Counted from the first letter of the stretch, positions 1 to 13,266 are shown. The stretch is DNA of 64,000 nt from Eledone cirrhosa (GCA_964016885.1 OZ024740.1:130696001-130760000), one strand, 5' to 3'. Made by a program: numbers and translations. The notes: a model not told the origin generated them from the letters alone.

Positions 1-57
1 TGCGTTTTCTTCCCTTATTATCATTATTATTATTATTATTATTATTGTTATTGTTAT

Positions 58-1420
58 TCCTTGAATCTCAGTCATTGATGTTGGTTAACTGGAAAGTCCG
101 TTGGATTGAATATCAAGCCACTACCTGCAGCCTCAGATATTCAGGACGTATCGGAGGGTTCTTGCCGTTCCAAGCAAGCATGCCTTTTGAAGCGTTCCAA
201 AAAGCGTGGAGGGGCCGATTTTCTTTAACCATCCCTGGAAACCTTTGGAGATAGTCCCCAGTGCGCCTATGACAATCGGGATCACTTTGACTTCATGGCA
301 GTTCCAAATCCTTTTCACCTCCCACTTTAGGTCCTGGTATCGGTTAATTTTCTCCCTCTCCTTCTCTTGCACTCTCGTGTCGAACGGGCAGGCAGGCCAC
401 ATCCACAATCAGGCACGATCTTTTTTCTTTGTCCACAACCACCAGGTCAGGTCTATTGTGTTCCAGTTTTTTGTCCGTCTGTATCCTAAAATCCCACAGC
501 ACCTTCACCTGACTGTTCTCCATCACCGCCTCTGGCCTATGCTCATACCATTTCTCAGAATGTGGTAGATTGTTTACTTTGCACAGGTGCCAGTGGATCA
601 CCCTGCCCATCACATCGTGTCTCCAGCCCTTATAGTGGGTCTGGGCTAGGTGTTTACACTCGGACACAATGTGAGCCACAGTCTCCTCTCTCTCTCCACA
701 GATCCTGCACAGTGGGCTAGCCTCCTCCTTGTAGATATGGTGCTTCAACCACTTCGTTTTGAGGGCCTGCTCCTGCGCAGCCATTAGCATTCCTTCTGTA
801 GCCTTTTTGAGGTCTCCTCTTCTCAACCAGTTCCATGTCTGTGGATCTCTAAATTCAGTTTTCTCAAAGAAGGTACTATGAAGGGATTTTCCCTTAAGGC
901 TGCTCTTCCTCCTTGATGTTATTTCCTCCTTGGGTATCCCCTGGCCTACTGTCCCCTCCTTCAGTACAGCTCTGAGCATTGGCTCCTTACTATAGGTCAC
1001 GTATTTGTATAGGTTGTTTTTCTCCATCTGAACACAGTCCTCTATGCTGATAAGACCTCTTCCACCCTCAGATCTCCTTAGGTAGAGTCTATCGACATCA
1101 CTCCTCTTGTGGAACATGTTGTAGATAGTCAATAGCTTCCTAGTCTTCCTATCCATTTCTTTTTGTTCAGCAACATTCCATCTCAGAATTCCCGCACTGT
1201 ACCTAATAATAGACACAGCTCGGGAATTTACTGCGCTTATGGCATTTCTGCTGTTCAGATGTGACTTCAATACGCTCCTTACTCTCCGAATGTATTCAGT
1301 TCTTAACAATTCCTTCATTTTTTTGTTCTTTATGCCATCAGCCTCCAGAACGCCCAAATACTTGTATCCTTCCTCAGAGTCAATTTCCTTTATCATCTCA
1401 CCTGTTGGTATCTGGATCCC
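58..1420 (-). mobile_element. Dong/R4-clade non-LTR retrotransposon, 5'-truncated copy 1 (RT C-terminus, CCHC finger, REL endonuclease; frameshift near 390)
   Basis: ORFs 344..1396 and 133..408 contain YKYLGVLE (RT), CRIC...HIVSEC, and KVLWDFRIQTD...RPDLVV...IVDVACPFD...KINRYQDL (PD-(D/E)xK REL domain). (ATT)n tracts flank both ends. Confidence 0.92.
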
Positions 1421-1447
1421 TATTATTATTATTATTATTATTATTAT

Positions 1448-2540
1448 AGTTGCATTTATCTTGCTTTAATTTCATACGAGTTATCACCAAGTCAGAACCA
1501 GTGACCTCAAGAGACAACACGGTCCGCCAGGTTCAAGAAAGTACATACAAATCCACACATTCATCTTTAGGTGTTTAGACTTGTGATGTACTTATATTGA
1601 CAATACCTACCTTAGTATAGGGGCAGTTCCTATTAGGACTATCTTTTGTATTTCTCCTGTAGGCGGTTTTCCTGGGAGTTTCGATAAGTAATGATTAGAC
1701 TCATTAGGTATTATTTTAGTTCTCAATTTCCACATTTTTCCAATTTCTGTCTCCAGGTCCTTATACTTGCTGAATTGTCCAAATGTTTTTATAGAGACAT
1801 TCTTGTCTATTAGAACGGACATATCAATTAGCAGACATACCCTCTTTTTAAAGTCCTTCAGTATTATATAATGTCTATTTGCATCTATTTTTCGGTCTGT
1901 TTGGATGCTAAAGTTCCACAAGATTGAGATGTGATCTTTTTCAAATATGGGAGGTGGTTGATTTCCCACCAATTCTTTTGATGGGGCCGGTCAAAATGCT
2001 AACACATTATACAATGTATGTATTGTGCAGCTCTGTCATGTCTGTTTTGGTATTCGGTTGGAGCTATAGAACTGCATATTGACATTATATCATCAATGGT
2101 CTCTGGTTGTTTTTTACATACACGGCATAATGGGTTGCATCTTTTTTTTATTATGTTGGCTTAGTAATTTTTTGTTGGCAGACACTGATCTTGAGCTGAT
2201 ATAATCAGTTCTTCAGTCTCCGATTTTAGTCCAGAGAATGCCAACCATTGATGGGTTTTGTCAACATCAAGTTTTGTCAACATCAGGATTGTTAGCTCTT
2301 TCTGGGTATTTTCCATACATAGGATTTTATTGCTATTTCTTAGCCAGTTTCTGTAGCACTTCTTTCTTTGATGTTACTTTTACCTTCTTTGCTTTTTCTG
2401 TGTTTTCCATTTCAGCAGTAAATGGGACTTCTGAAATTTGTAGTCCATTACTGTATCTTTGTGCATCTTTTGTAATGGAGTATGATCTTTTGATGGTTTC
2501 GTATTTCAAAACGAGTTTCATCATCCTATCATGTGATTCT
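1448..2540 (-). mobile_element. Dong/R4-like LINE fragment, copy 2 (more decayed, different subfamily)
   Basis: ORF 1607..1972 ISILWNFSIQTDRKIDANR...LLIDMSV...SKYKDLETEI is the REL domain. Upstream remnants are interrupted by stops. Bounded by (ATT)n and (TTC)n. Confidence 0.8.
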
Positions 2541-2543
2541 TCT

Positions 2544-2577
2544 TTTTCTTCTTCTTTTTCTTCTTCTTCTTCTTCTT

Positions 2578-2646
<69 letters not shown>
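2544..2646. repeat. Compound (TTC)n(TTA)n microsatellite
   Basis: Directly visible; abuts the 5' end of the Tx1 element. Confidence 0.95.
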
Positions 2647-2852
2647 GGCGACCTACGTAGTAAATCGTATCATCGTGAGCTCCGCAAAGGTCTGTTATTT
2701 CCGTTTGTTAAAAATTGTCATGTATGGAAAATGTTATTGTTAACTGTTTATAAGCGCACATACATTGTTTTCCGAAAAGGACACCCAACAAGATTGGGGC
2801 CTTGTGCCCAAAATTTAAACTTTTATTATTATCAAAAAAATTTCTTCAAAAA

Positions 2853-4845
2853 ATGGCTACCTCACCTCTGCACGAAGCAGCTGAAAGCCTTCCTCACAAA
2901 TTAACACCTCACACCGACACCACCATTGTAAATGTTACTACGTTTGCCAACACAAAAAAAAATATAAGCAGTAGCAATATTTTAAATTTGTCTCAGGCAG
3001 ACATTCATTTCCCGCCATTACCAATGACTGCAGGTGTTAAAGCCTCCACCACCACCACCACCACCGCGACAACCACCACCACCACCACCACCACCACCGC
3101 GACAACAGAAACAAAAGAAGAAAAAAATAAATTAACTCGTGATGTCGAAATGAAATCAAGCAAAATGGACACTTCCCCACCAAAGACGACTGACGTCACC
3201 ACCACCACAACTGAAACTAAAATTAATATTAACGATAGCAACAACAACAACAATGACATTATAAAACCCCCCCTCAGTTTCGCCAGAGTAGCAAAACAGT
3301 TCGAAGCATTTATGGTAACTCAGGAGGATTTAGAAAATGCCAAACAAATGGTAAAGAAAGATGGGTACACGGTCAGCCTCACCCCCCACCTAATAAAATG
3401 GAGCATCGTCGCCTATGCACCGTGTCGTATAGAACAATAAATGTAAAATCGCGCCGAGTGGAACGGGCATCCGAGTCCCAAATCCCAAAAGCTTTGGGAC
3501 ATGTGTGGGCAAGAAAAACCCACATCAGACGTGGGCAAAAGTATGGAACTGTGGACGTGTTCTTTGAAACACCAGAGGAGGCTAGAGAACACTCCATGGC
3601 CCCATTAAGAAGTGACGACTTCACACTCGTCCCAGGCTATTGTGGCCAGAGACTCGTAAAGATCAGGGTGACCCACGTTCCACCGGCCATCGAAATTCCC
3701 TGGCTAATAGCGGCTGTCCTCGCCGGCATCGAAGCCAACAAGAAAATAATAGCAATAGCAAAAGAAAAGCAGGAGAACTGGTCCGGATCTGGGATGGAGC
3801 TCCTGATCCAAGCGGACCAAAAAAGCATTGAGGAGATCCCAGAGGTAATAGACCTCACTGACAGCAGCCACCTCACGGTAATTGTCGAGGGCAGAAGACC
3901 TAGGTGTGTCGTTTGTGGTGAAGGAACCCACCTAAGGGCTTTCTCTCCTCAGGCTAAAAGGTTGAGGCCACCTCTCCTACCCACCCCAGTGACACAACCA
4001 TCAACACCACCAGTAGCACAGATGGCAGCAACAACTGTAGCAGCAACAACAGAAGCAACTATAACAGCAACAACCCCAGCAACAGTAGCAAAACCAACAC
4101 CACCACCACCACCAGCAAAACCAACACCACCACCACCCAACGCTTCAGAACTAGCACCAGCGCCTACAAAATCCACCACGCCACAACCAAAACTAACGGC
4201 TGTGGAGGATTTTCCACTCCCCGGCCTATCACAACTGGAGACAGATTGTGACGACGAGGAGTGGGAAATGATATCCGGAAATAAAAAAGAAACCAAAAAA
4301 GAAAAAATTCTCTTTCTTCCTCCTCCAAAAACAAAATACAGAGGGAAACAAATAAATTAAGAAACAAAAAAGTTAGAACAGATATGCCACCATCCACAGC
4401 AGCATCACCAATCCCATCAACCCAAACACCAACACCATCACCATCATTAACCCCAACACCACCATCACCTACACCCCAAAATTCACCAAAATGCGAAACA
4501 GAAACAAACCCACAACAAACGCAAACAAAACAAAACAACCAAAACGATACACACTACACAGCATTAAATTTGAACAACAAGCAATTATTACACTACACCC
4601 AACACAACACCAGCATCACAGAAAAAGACTACACAACAACCCCAAAATTCACACCACCTCCACACATACAAATCACTCGCATCACACAGAAAACGTACAT
4701 GACACTAAAACAAAAATTCCCCAAAGACATCGGAGACTTCCGACAAGCACTCTCCAGGAGGATTTATAAGGACATCCTTCCTGAGGAGGCCACAAGCAGT
4801 GAAAAGGATGGAAAAACCGTCCTTCTCCTACGAGAAGTAAGGTAA
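2853..4845 (+). pseudogene. Tx1 ORF1 (gag-like nucleic-acid-binding protein), frameshifted
   Basis: ORF pieces 2802..3440, 3398..4360 and 4384..4845. PLSFARVAK resembles the SYA motif; VIVEGRRPRCVVCGEGTHLRAFS is a degenerate CCHC knuckle; Thr/Pro-rich tracts. Confidence 0.7.
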
Positions 4846-4879
4846 GTGTTTTTTCCCAATTTTTCCACTCCTTTTCAAC

Positions 4880-7800
4880 ATGACCTCATTCAGAACAGGC
4901 AGCATAAATGCGCGTGGCTTGGGGTCGTCATGGAAGCAGGGCCACCTGCTCAACGACCTCAGGTCACTAAACATAGATGTAGTGGCCATCAGCGAGACCA
5001 GAATCTCCGAAGCACAGGCTTTCGCACCGATCTTCGGCGGCTACGATGTGTACGCATCTCCCAGCCGTCCGGGATCGGGGGAGGAGTTGCTGTGCTTTTT
5101 CGGAGAGGTTTGGAACTTGCCATACGGGCCATCTTCCTGGACCCAGAAGGTAAGTTGGTGGTGCTGGACGTGACCAGCGGAGACGGCCAAGCTTTCAGGT
5201 TAGTGGCCGTCTATGCCCGACAGGAGCAGGGCGGCCTGTTTTCTTCCGGCGTCTGGAGACCTTTCTGGGAACGTCCCGCTCTTTAGTGTTAGTGGGCGAC
5301 TGGAACGGGATCTTAGATGCACGCTGGGATTGTGTGGGATTAGTGGATAGGTAACGAGGGTGCAAGAGTCTCACCAACCTGCTCAGACGTTTTGAACTGT
5401 CTGACAGGTACCGAATGGATTTCCCGAATGTACCAATGTGGACTTGGACAAATCGCATAGGGACATCCAGATCATATCTAGATAGAGTATTTTGTAGGGA
5501 AATAGATAGGTCTAGCATAGGCTGTCCACAATTCAAGATAGTCAGCTGCACGAACCACAAATTCGTGATCTGTGTGCTTGACTTAGATAGGCTTCATAGA
5601 CGAGGACCCGGCTACTGGAAGCTAAACGCGTCCTTACCAGCGCGCAAGGCCTGCAGAGACCGGATTAAGGAACTAGTTAAGCGGGCGTTGACGGGGGCCA
5701 TCGTCAACAACAAGTGGTGGTTTGCTCTGAAAAGAGCAATTAGAATAGAGTCCATTAGGTTTAGTAAGAATTTAGCAATAGAGAAAAATAGAGTAGAGGG
5801 AGAATTAATTAGAAAATTAGATGAGGCGCTTAGCAAAGACATCGCGACCGACGTACTTGCAGTGAAATTGGCCCTTGACCAATTCTTCAATGCAAAGCAC
5901 GAAGGCTGCGTTGTCAGAGCTAGGGTGCGTGCTCTCAGACACGAGGGGACGAAAGCCGTTCAATGGGCCCGAGTGGCGGAGGTGCGTCGTGGCAACAAAG
6001 CCACGATCCGGTCTTTGGTGGATCACGACGGGCGCATACTACTCGATCCCGGGCAAATGTGTGAAGCTTTTCAGCGACACTTCGCTCAACTGTTCGGGGG
6101 CAGTGGCGGGCCGGATCGAGGGATGGACTTTAGTGTCAACCTCGACGTACTAGCGCGGCTTTCGGCCACTGAGGTGGAGTGTTGCGAAAAGCCGATAACA
6201 ACCGCTGAAGTACGGGATGCAATGACTTGTTGCACAAGGGGTAAATCGGCTGGTTTAGATGGTCTGCCCTATGAACTTTACGTACAAATGCCGAACTTAT
6301 TCGGAGGCCTCTTGGCGGACGTCTACTGCAACTGGCAACAGAACGGGAGAATCCCAGCTCTGTGAGCCGAGGAGCGGTGGCGCTGCTGAGAAAGGATCCG
6401 AACAAGGCGATAACATAGATAATTTTAGGTCCATAACTCTGCTAAACACAGAGTTCAAGATTTTGACCAAGGTGCTAGCAAAGAGGTTGGCGCTTGTCGT
6501 TGGTGGTCTGGTGGGAGAGGTACAGACATGCGACATTCCCGATAGATCCATTCGCGACAACCTCCACCTCATGCGATACATCGTAGAGATGGTAGCTAGG
6601 GAACCTGGCACTGGTGGGTCTTTGATCATAGGGTCGACCATCGTTACCTCGCGGCAGTCCTGAGGGCGGCTGGCTTTGGGCCCGTCTTCAGAGGCAGGAT
6701 CGCTGCCATGCACAGCGACATCTGCTCTGTAGTGAGAGTGAACGGACACCTTTCGGAGCCGTTCAACATCATGCGCTCGGTCCGCCAAGGATGTCCTCTC
6801 TCGTCCCTCTTGTACGTATTGACTCTCGAGCCATTACTGCACAAACTGGAGACGTTGAGGGGGGTCCCGCGCGAACTAAGATGCGGAAGATCCATGTCAG
6901 CATGTGCCGACGACGTCACCGTAGTGGTGTCGAACGCCAAACACATCGAGGCGATCGGCACTACACTAAGCAAATACGAAGCGGTGACAGGAGCAATGAT
7001 CAACCAGGAAAAGTCAGTGGGCCTGCAGCTCGACACCTGGAGAGGCAGGTCCATGCCGTCCAACAGCGTCGTCGGGCGCTGGACAGACGGACCGGTTAAA
7101 TTGCTATGGGTCTGGTTCGGTCCAGACCTCCAGACGGACAAAAACTGGGACGAGGTGACGAGCAGGGTGGCTTCTCTCACCCAGAAATGAGCCGAGAGGA
7201 AGCTATCCCTGAAAGGTCGAGCGGAGGTGGCTAACGCGTACATCGCGTCCGTCATCTACTACCGCCTGACCGTCGTACCTTGTCCTAAGCCCCGCTTGAC
7301 TGCGCTGGAGCGTTTGCTCTTTCGCTTCTTGTGGAAGGGACGCGCTCCTGTGGTCAGGCGGTCCATCTGCTGTCAACACCCGCTACGTGGAGGGCTGGGC
7401 ATGCCGTGGCTGATGATGCGCAGACACGCGCTCAGGCTACGACATCTCCACCTCTTCCTCGACGGTGATCAGGTGTGGTCGCCGTTTGCTAGACGTGTTT
7501 TTCCCCAGCTCGTCTCCTTGACGGAGCTGCAGTCCTGGGTCAAGCGAAGACCGAGAGGGAGCGCTTGGAGACTGGAATGTCTTCAGGCGCTCACAGCCCT
7601 CGACCAATCGGGCAATGTGATTGGTGGAAACTCCACCTTGGCGTTCTATAGGGGATTAGTGGAGGGGAAGAGCGACGACGTACTTGGAGAAACTCTAGGC
7701 GTCGACGAAAATCAACTAGCCAATCTCTTCGGAAGGACTTTCGGGCCGGGGCCTATGGACAACTTCCAGAAATCCCTAGCCTGGCAGTGCTACCGGGGTG

Positions 7801-8270
7801 CTATGCCAGTTCGGGATAAACTTTACAGGCATGGAGGTGCCGTCACCCGGGCATGTCCGAGATGCGCACAGGGCGACGAAACCGTCCTGCACGCACTGGT
7901 CCAGTGTCCGAGCATTGCTGACTTGTGGGTTTATGTCGAACACCTGCTGTCACGTGTAGGACGGATCCAGCTATCAGCCGAGTCCATCGTGAGGATTGCC
8001 CCGCCCCCTTCCTTTAGCCGGGAAGGGCAGGCAGTTTTTATCTGTCTGGTGGCCATGGCGAAAGAGATAGTATGGTGGACACGTTTGAAAGGGTTGAAGA
8101 GGAGCACTTACCTCTTCGGTGATGCCCTGATTAACTTTTTCAAATTTCATTTGAAAAGGAAAGTCAGGGTAGAGAGGGAAGTGCTCTCTTCCCAGCATTT
8201 TGTTGAAAGATGGGTGAGAGAAGCAAGTATGGCCCGAATGAATGGGCCTTCTCTGAGTATGTGTCTATAA
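4880..8270 (+). pseudogene. Tx1 ORF2: APE endonuclease, reverse transcriptase and C-terminal Cys/His finger, disrupted
   Basis: GSINARGL...VAISETR, SYLDRVF and GPGYWKLN (APE); GKSAGLDGL, NFRSITLLNTEFKILTK, VRQGCPLS and SACADD (RT, YADD altered to CADD); CPRC...ETVLHALVQC. Several frameshifts, and RT motif A appears deleted near 6628. Confidence 0.92.
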
Positions 8271-8515
8271 ATTAAAGGTGGAAAACTGGGAGAGGGCACT
8301 TGCCCTGGTGGTCAGGGCCACTGTGGTCTTTTAATGGGCTTTCTCCACAAATGTCCCTCGGAAGTCTCCCCCCCTATTGGGAATTTTTTCTTTGTTATTT
8401 TATTTCATCCGCTGTTTTTTTTTACACGCATAAATGCCCATTTGTACCGTCCTGTATTGTCCTGTACTGTCCTTAATGTCTACTTTATGTAAACCATTGT
8501 GGTTAATAAAGAAAA

Positions 8516-8570
<55 letters not shown>

Positions 8571-8576
8571 ATTATT

Positions 8577-10295
8577 GTTCTTTGTGTCTCAGTCATTGAT
8601 GTTAGTTAACTGGAAAGTTTGTTGAAATGAATATCAAGCCTCTACCTGCAGCCTCAGATATTCAGGACGTATCGGGGGGTTCTTGCTGTTCCCAGCAAGC
8701 ATGCCTCTTGAAGCGTTCCAAAAAGCGTGGCGGGGCCACTTTTCGTAAACCATCCCTGGACATTTTTTGAGAGAGTACCTTGTGCGCCTATGACAATCGG
8801 GACCACTTTCACTTCATGGCAGTTCCAAATCCTTTTTACCTCCCACTTTAAGACCTGGTATCGGTTAATTTTCTCCCTCTCCTTCTCTTGCACTCTCGTG
8901 TCGAATGGGCAGGGCACATCCACAATCAGGCACGATCTTTTTTCCTTGTCCAAAACCACCAGGTCAGGTCTATTGTGTTCCAGTTTCTTGTCCGTCTGTA
9001 TCCTAAAATCCCACAGCACCTTCACCTGATCGTCTTCTATCTCCGACTCTGGCTTATGCTCATACCACTTCTCAGTATGTGGTAAATTGTTTACTTAGAA
9101 TAGGTGCCAATGGATCACCCTGCCCATCACATCATGTCTCCAGCCCTTATAGTGAGTCTGGGATAGGTGTTTATACTCGGATACAACGTGAGCCACAGCC
9201 TCCTCTCTCTCCACAGATCCTGCTCATTGGGCTAGCATTTCTGTAGTCTATCCATCCCATGGCATGACTCGTATGTCTCCTCTTGAAATTCCTCATTACC
9301 ATCTTATCAATAAGTAACTGGTCCTTTGTCCCACGGGACTTCTTTCGGCATCCTTTCTGTTCGTCCGGTAACAAGTTGTTAGCGTGGAGGTGATGGTAGA
9401 TTTCCTCAGACATAATGCTTGTCAACAGTTTCCACATTACGGACAGACATGTGATAGGTCTATAGTTGGTAACATCATTACCCTTGATTCGGTCTTTCAT
9501 TACCAGAACTATTGTACCTTTTGTCAACCACTCTGGTACCTCACCTGACATCAAGCAGTCATTCAACATGGTTGTCAGTTTCGGGTGGATGGATGTTATA
9601 TTTTTAATCCAATACCCCTGCACGCCATCTGGGCCTGGTGATTTCCAGTTGGTTAGTATTTTGCTCTGCCCCGTAAGAGTTTCAACTGTCATAATCAAAT
9701 CAGTTTGTTGGTGTGCCTGTTCACTAATCTCCTTTTGTACTGTCTCAATCCACACTGCCTGGTCATTATGTTTAACATCCTGCTCCCATATTCCTCTCCA
9801 GAATGTCTTAGTTTGTTCCGCCTCAGGCATCAAATCGTTGCCTCTCTCTTTCCCTTCAAGCTGTCCAAACAGCATTTTCTCGTTGTTGTCAAACATGCGG
9901 TTCTGTCTATACTGACTGACTCTGCTCTCGTATCGCCTAATGTTTGTACTCTTTGCTACAATGCGTTGCTTCAGTTCCTCTATGATAATATTTAGCTTTT
10001 TCCTCTTAATTTTGTACTTTATTTCCAGTCTATTTTTAGTGTCTATGTGTTTTAGTGTCCCATTCAGTAGGGACTCAAGCTTTCCAATGTCATTTCTCAT
10101 TTCCCTGATTTGACCATTCAGTTGTTTCTTCCACCAAGGTTCTGATCTTTCTTGTTTGTTGTTTCCTCTCCCTTTTATGCCAAGTAATTTCCTCACCGCA
10201 TTTGCTGTTGCTTTGAGGATATTGTTGTACTGCTGAAGGCTCCTCGCTTCAAGGTATGGAATGGCTTTGTTTACCTTAGCTGTTGTTTCTTTTAA
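8577..10295 (-). mobile_element. Dong/R4-clade LINE copy 3 (same family as copy 1) with a large internal deletion
   Basis: ORF 9171..10196 has NWKSPGPDG, NYRPITCLS, EQKGCR and GTKDQLLIDK, then WIDYR fused directly to ASPMSRICG. REL domain at 8654..9025. The 3' region aligns with 58..720. (ATT)n on both sides. Confidence 0.92.
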
Positions 10296-10331
<36 letters not shown>

Positions 10332-10800
10332 GTTTCCTTGAACAGCCTTTAGCGCTGGAGAAATATTACAGTTTTAGCTGTTCCCTAACAGTGAACTTAG
10401 GGAACACCTCTTTTATTCTAGTACTCTCCTGAATATTCGAGCTCTTTTAAGTAATGTTATTTTTTTAAATTGTAATGTCATCCCTATTTTTTTAATGCAC
10501 TCCTCAATATCTCTACTCACTGTTCTCAAGACTCTAACTATTATTGGTGTTTGCATCACCTTTTTCAGTGACCACAGCCGGTTAATCACCCAAGATGAAC
10601 TGTCATATCTATCAATTCTTTTTCCTTATCTATCACATATCTTGTCATGAGCTTGAGAGGCTATATCTATGATCCAACACTGTCTGCTTTCATTCTCAAT
10701 TAGTACAATATCTGGTCTCGTATGTTCAATCTCTTCCTGGTCACACTGTATCACGATGTCCCACAGGAACTTTGCCTTTGCTTTTTCGATAACACGTTTT
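10332..10800 (-). mobile_element. Dong/R4-like LINE 3' fragment, copy 4 (old)
   Basis: Hand translation of the minus strand gives AKFLWDIVIQCD...HTRPDIVLIENESRQCWIIDIA and RARIFRRVLE*. 3' end runs into (TAA)n. Confidence 0.72.
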
Positions 10801-13266
10801 GGGACCGAAACTGTTAACCTGTTTTGATCATCTCATTACTTTTTCATTCCCCTTCCTTATAAGCATGAAATTGGTCATCTGTGTAGGTAAACGCTGCTAT
10901 TTTTCTTTATTTTCCTTTTTCTGGGGGTAGCTGTGTTTGTGGCAATACTTGTGGTGGTGGAGTTGGTGGTTTTGGTGTTAATGTTTGTACTTGTAGTTAT
11001 CGGATTGATGGCTTGGTGTTGTTATAAATATGGCTGCATTTGCTCTTAGAGCGTGCTTTGCGTTTTCTGCGATGTTTGGTGTTAGAAGGAATAGTTGTAT
11101 GACATTTGTTGCTTATTGTGTTTTCTTTTATGTTTGGGTTCCTGTTTTGGGTTCCTCCACGTCCCCACTTTAAGATGTGGAGGTAACCCTCTCTGCGGAA
11201 TCTCTCTCGGAGAAGAGTGCGCTTGTGTTTGTCTCTGTGTATGTTTCGAAGCGTGGGAAATAAATTACCCAATCTGGAAAACCCATGGGTTATTTCGTTT
11301 ATAATTCATTCTTATAGTAGATGTCGGGGGTGGTGTTGATGGTGGTACCTTTGGTACTATTTGAGTCCCAGGTTTTGTAGTCGTTGCTGTTGTAGTTTTT
11401 TCTTTGATGGTACTGTAAAATATTGTCTCATATAACAACAGTATTTATAATAGGCTAGTTTAGATTTAAAGAAGTGAGTAGCTTGCACGTGGGGAGAGGT
11501 ACCTCTTTCTATATCTCTCTTTAATATGATTTTAAAATCAATACATTTATAAATCAACATAGGATCCATACAAGTATTCTCATATCGATTTTTTCAAAAA
11601 ATCTTGCCTATATTTGAATGCAAATTAGAATATTAATACAATGTTATATACTAATAATATAGTCATGTGCTGTAACGTTGGGTGACAACATACAACAACG
11701 TATAACTGTCCATATCTATGTTATGTGCTTTGGTTCGTTTTCTGAAATGAAAACACGCATATATATTTCATTAATTTATTCACAACGCATATATGAAACT
11801 TGAATCAGAAAATACAGTTGCTCTCTGACGAAATGATCAAATCGTATCGTGCAAATGCTTTGATCAAATAATTATCAATGTGTACATTATTAATGTGTAG
11901 GAACTGTTGTTGCTGTTTAGCTCCTGGTTCGGTATGGTTGAGCCGACGTCTGATTAAAAGTATTAATGAAATAATCATACCTCATCACAAGTAGTGTTTT
12001 CTTTTCCTGACATCACTCTGCCTTCTCACGCCGCTAATATATGATAAGTTTAAAGATGTTGCTGCCGAGTTTCGTATCTCTCACACTTGCAGTGGCACAC
12101 ATGTATTCATCGGAAAATTTGCTATGCGATGACATATGTAACATAGTTTTGTTGCGATTACTGTCATCTTAGATTTAAAATCAACTCATTTGATTGCAGT
12201 ATCTACTACATATGAATTAGATGTTGACATATTTTGTAAGTTTGTAATATGTTATGTTAAATTATTAAAATGTTTACAGGGAGGGTGGTATCAGATATTG
12301 CAGTAAATTCAGACTCATATAATCACTAACGTATAATATTTCTGTAAAGAAGTATTTTGGAGTTCAGAGTTAAATACGTGTTAAAAGGGACAGAAAGAAT
12401 AGAAAATTAAATAAGGTAATTCATTTAACACTTGTTTAAACAATATTCCATTAGATTGTTTCGTCAGATGTTCTATAGGAAGACTAGATATAATAAATAT
12501 AAGGGGAAATAAAAAACAGAACATTAATGTGATACAAATGATGACTTGTGACCAGTTATTATAATTTGCAACAATGGTGTTATATATAACTACTAAGATG
12601 ATTTGTTTTAATGGGATAAATGAACAGATCTAAATGAAAAAAAAAATAATGCTAGATATTTAGCTTTATTTATATGAGATAAAACATTTCTGAAAATAAT
12701 AGAATACGACACTAAATTTATATCGAAATACATACGTGCAGGTGCTAACATATATGTAAATATATACATATATATACCGTCGCCACATCTATCATCATCA
12801 TATATAATTCCACAGAATGTATAATCATCATTGTAGTTGTATCTCCATAAGTTATATTCCAAATATATACTTAACATCGATACCATCCCGCCACCACTCA
12901 CTCATTTAGTCATCATAGTTCCAATAAACATATATCCCCATAATATTCACCGTGCCTAATTCTTTAATTCTTAAATTATTTATATTTGTTTATTATTACA
13001 TCGATTTATAATCATTATTCTTTCCTGCGACACCAACTGCTCTGCCAGCTAAACAAATGTAAAATAGACGTAATCTTACCGTCCGTGTCAGCTTGAAATG
13101 GAACTTGCAAATTCATATTCCGACGGGTCAGCTCCTGCCCTTTCATGTTAAAACGGCAGGAGCTCAGCCATGGGGTCCCGGCTTTTTCATATTAACCACT
13201 CTACTACCCCACGTATCGATTACTGTAGTGAATAATGGTCTAATTGTTTTTGCCGCTTCCATTCTG

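Larger units (their letters stand above)
2647..8516 (+). mobile_element. Tx1-clade (L1 group) LINE, near full length, inactivated
   Basis: Short 5' UTR, ORF1 and ORF2 remnants, 3' UTR with AATAAA at 8505-8510, followed directly by (ATT)n 8517-8576. Confidence 0.88.

Noticed and set aside
4880-8270. Horizontal transfer of the GC-richer Tx1 ORF2
   Set aside because: Base composition alone is not evidence, and coding retroelement DNA is commonly GC-richer than intergenic DNA; a phylogeny would be needed.
11822-11870. CUGACGA followed by a UGAUCAAA/UUUGAUCA hairpin
   Set aside because: Lacks GAAA and stems I and III.
13068-13165. Minus-strand splice-donor-like ACG|gtaaga and a 10-bp hairpin agctcctgcc/ggcaggagct
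   Set aside because: No supporting reading frame or partner exons; a host exon cannot be supported from sequence alone.
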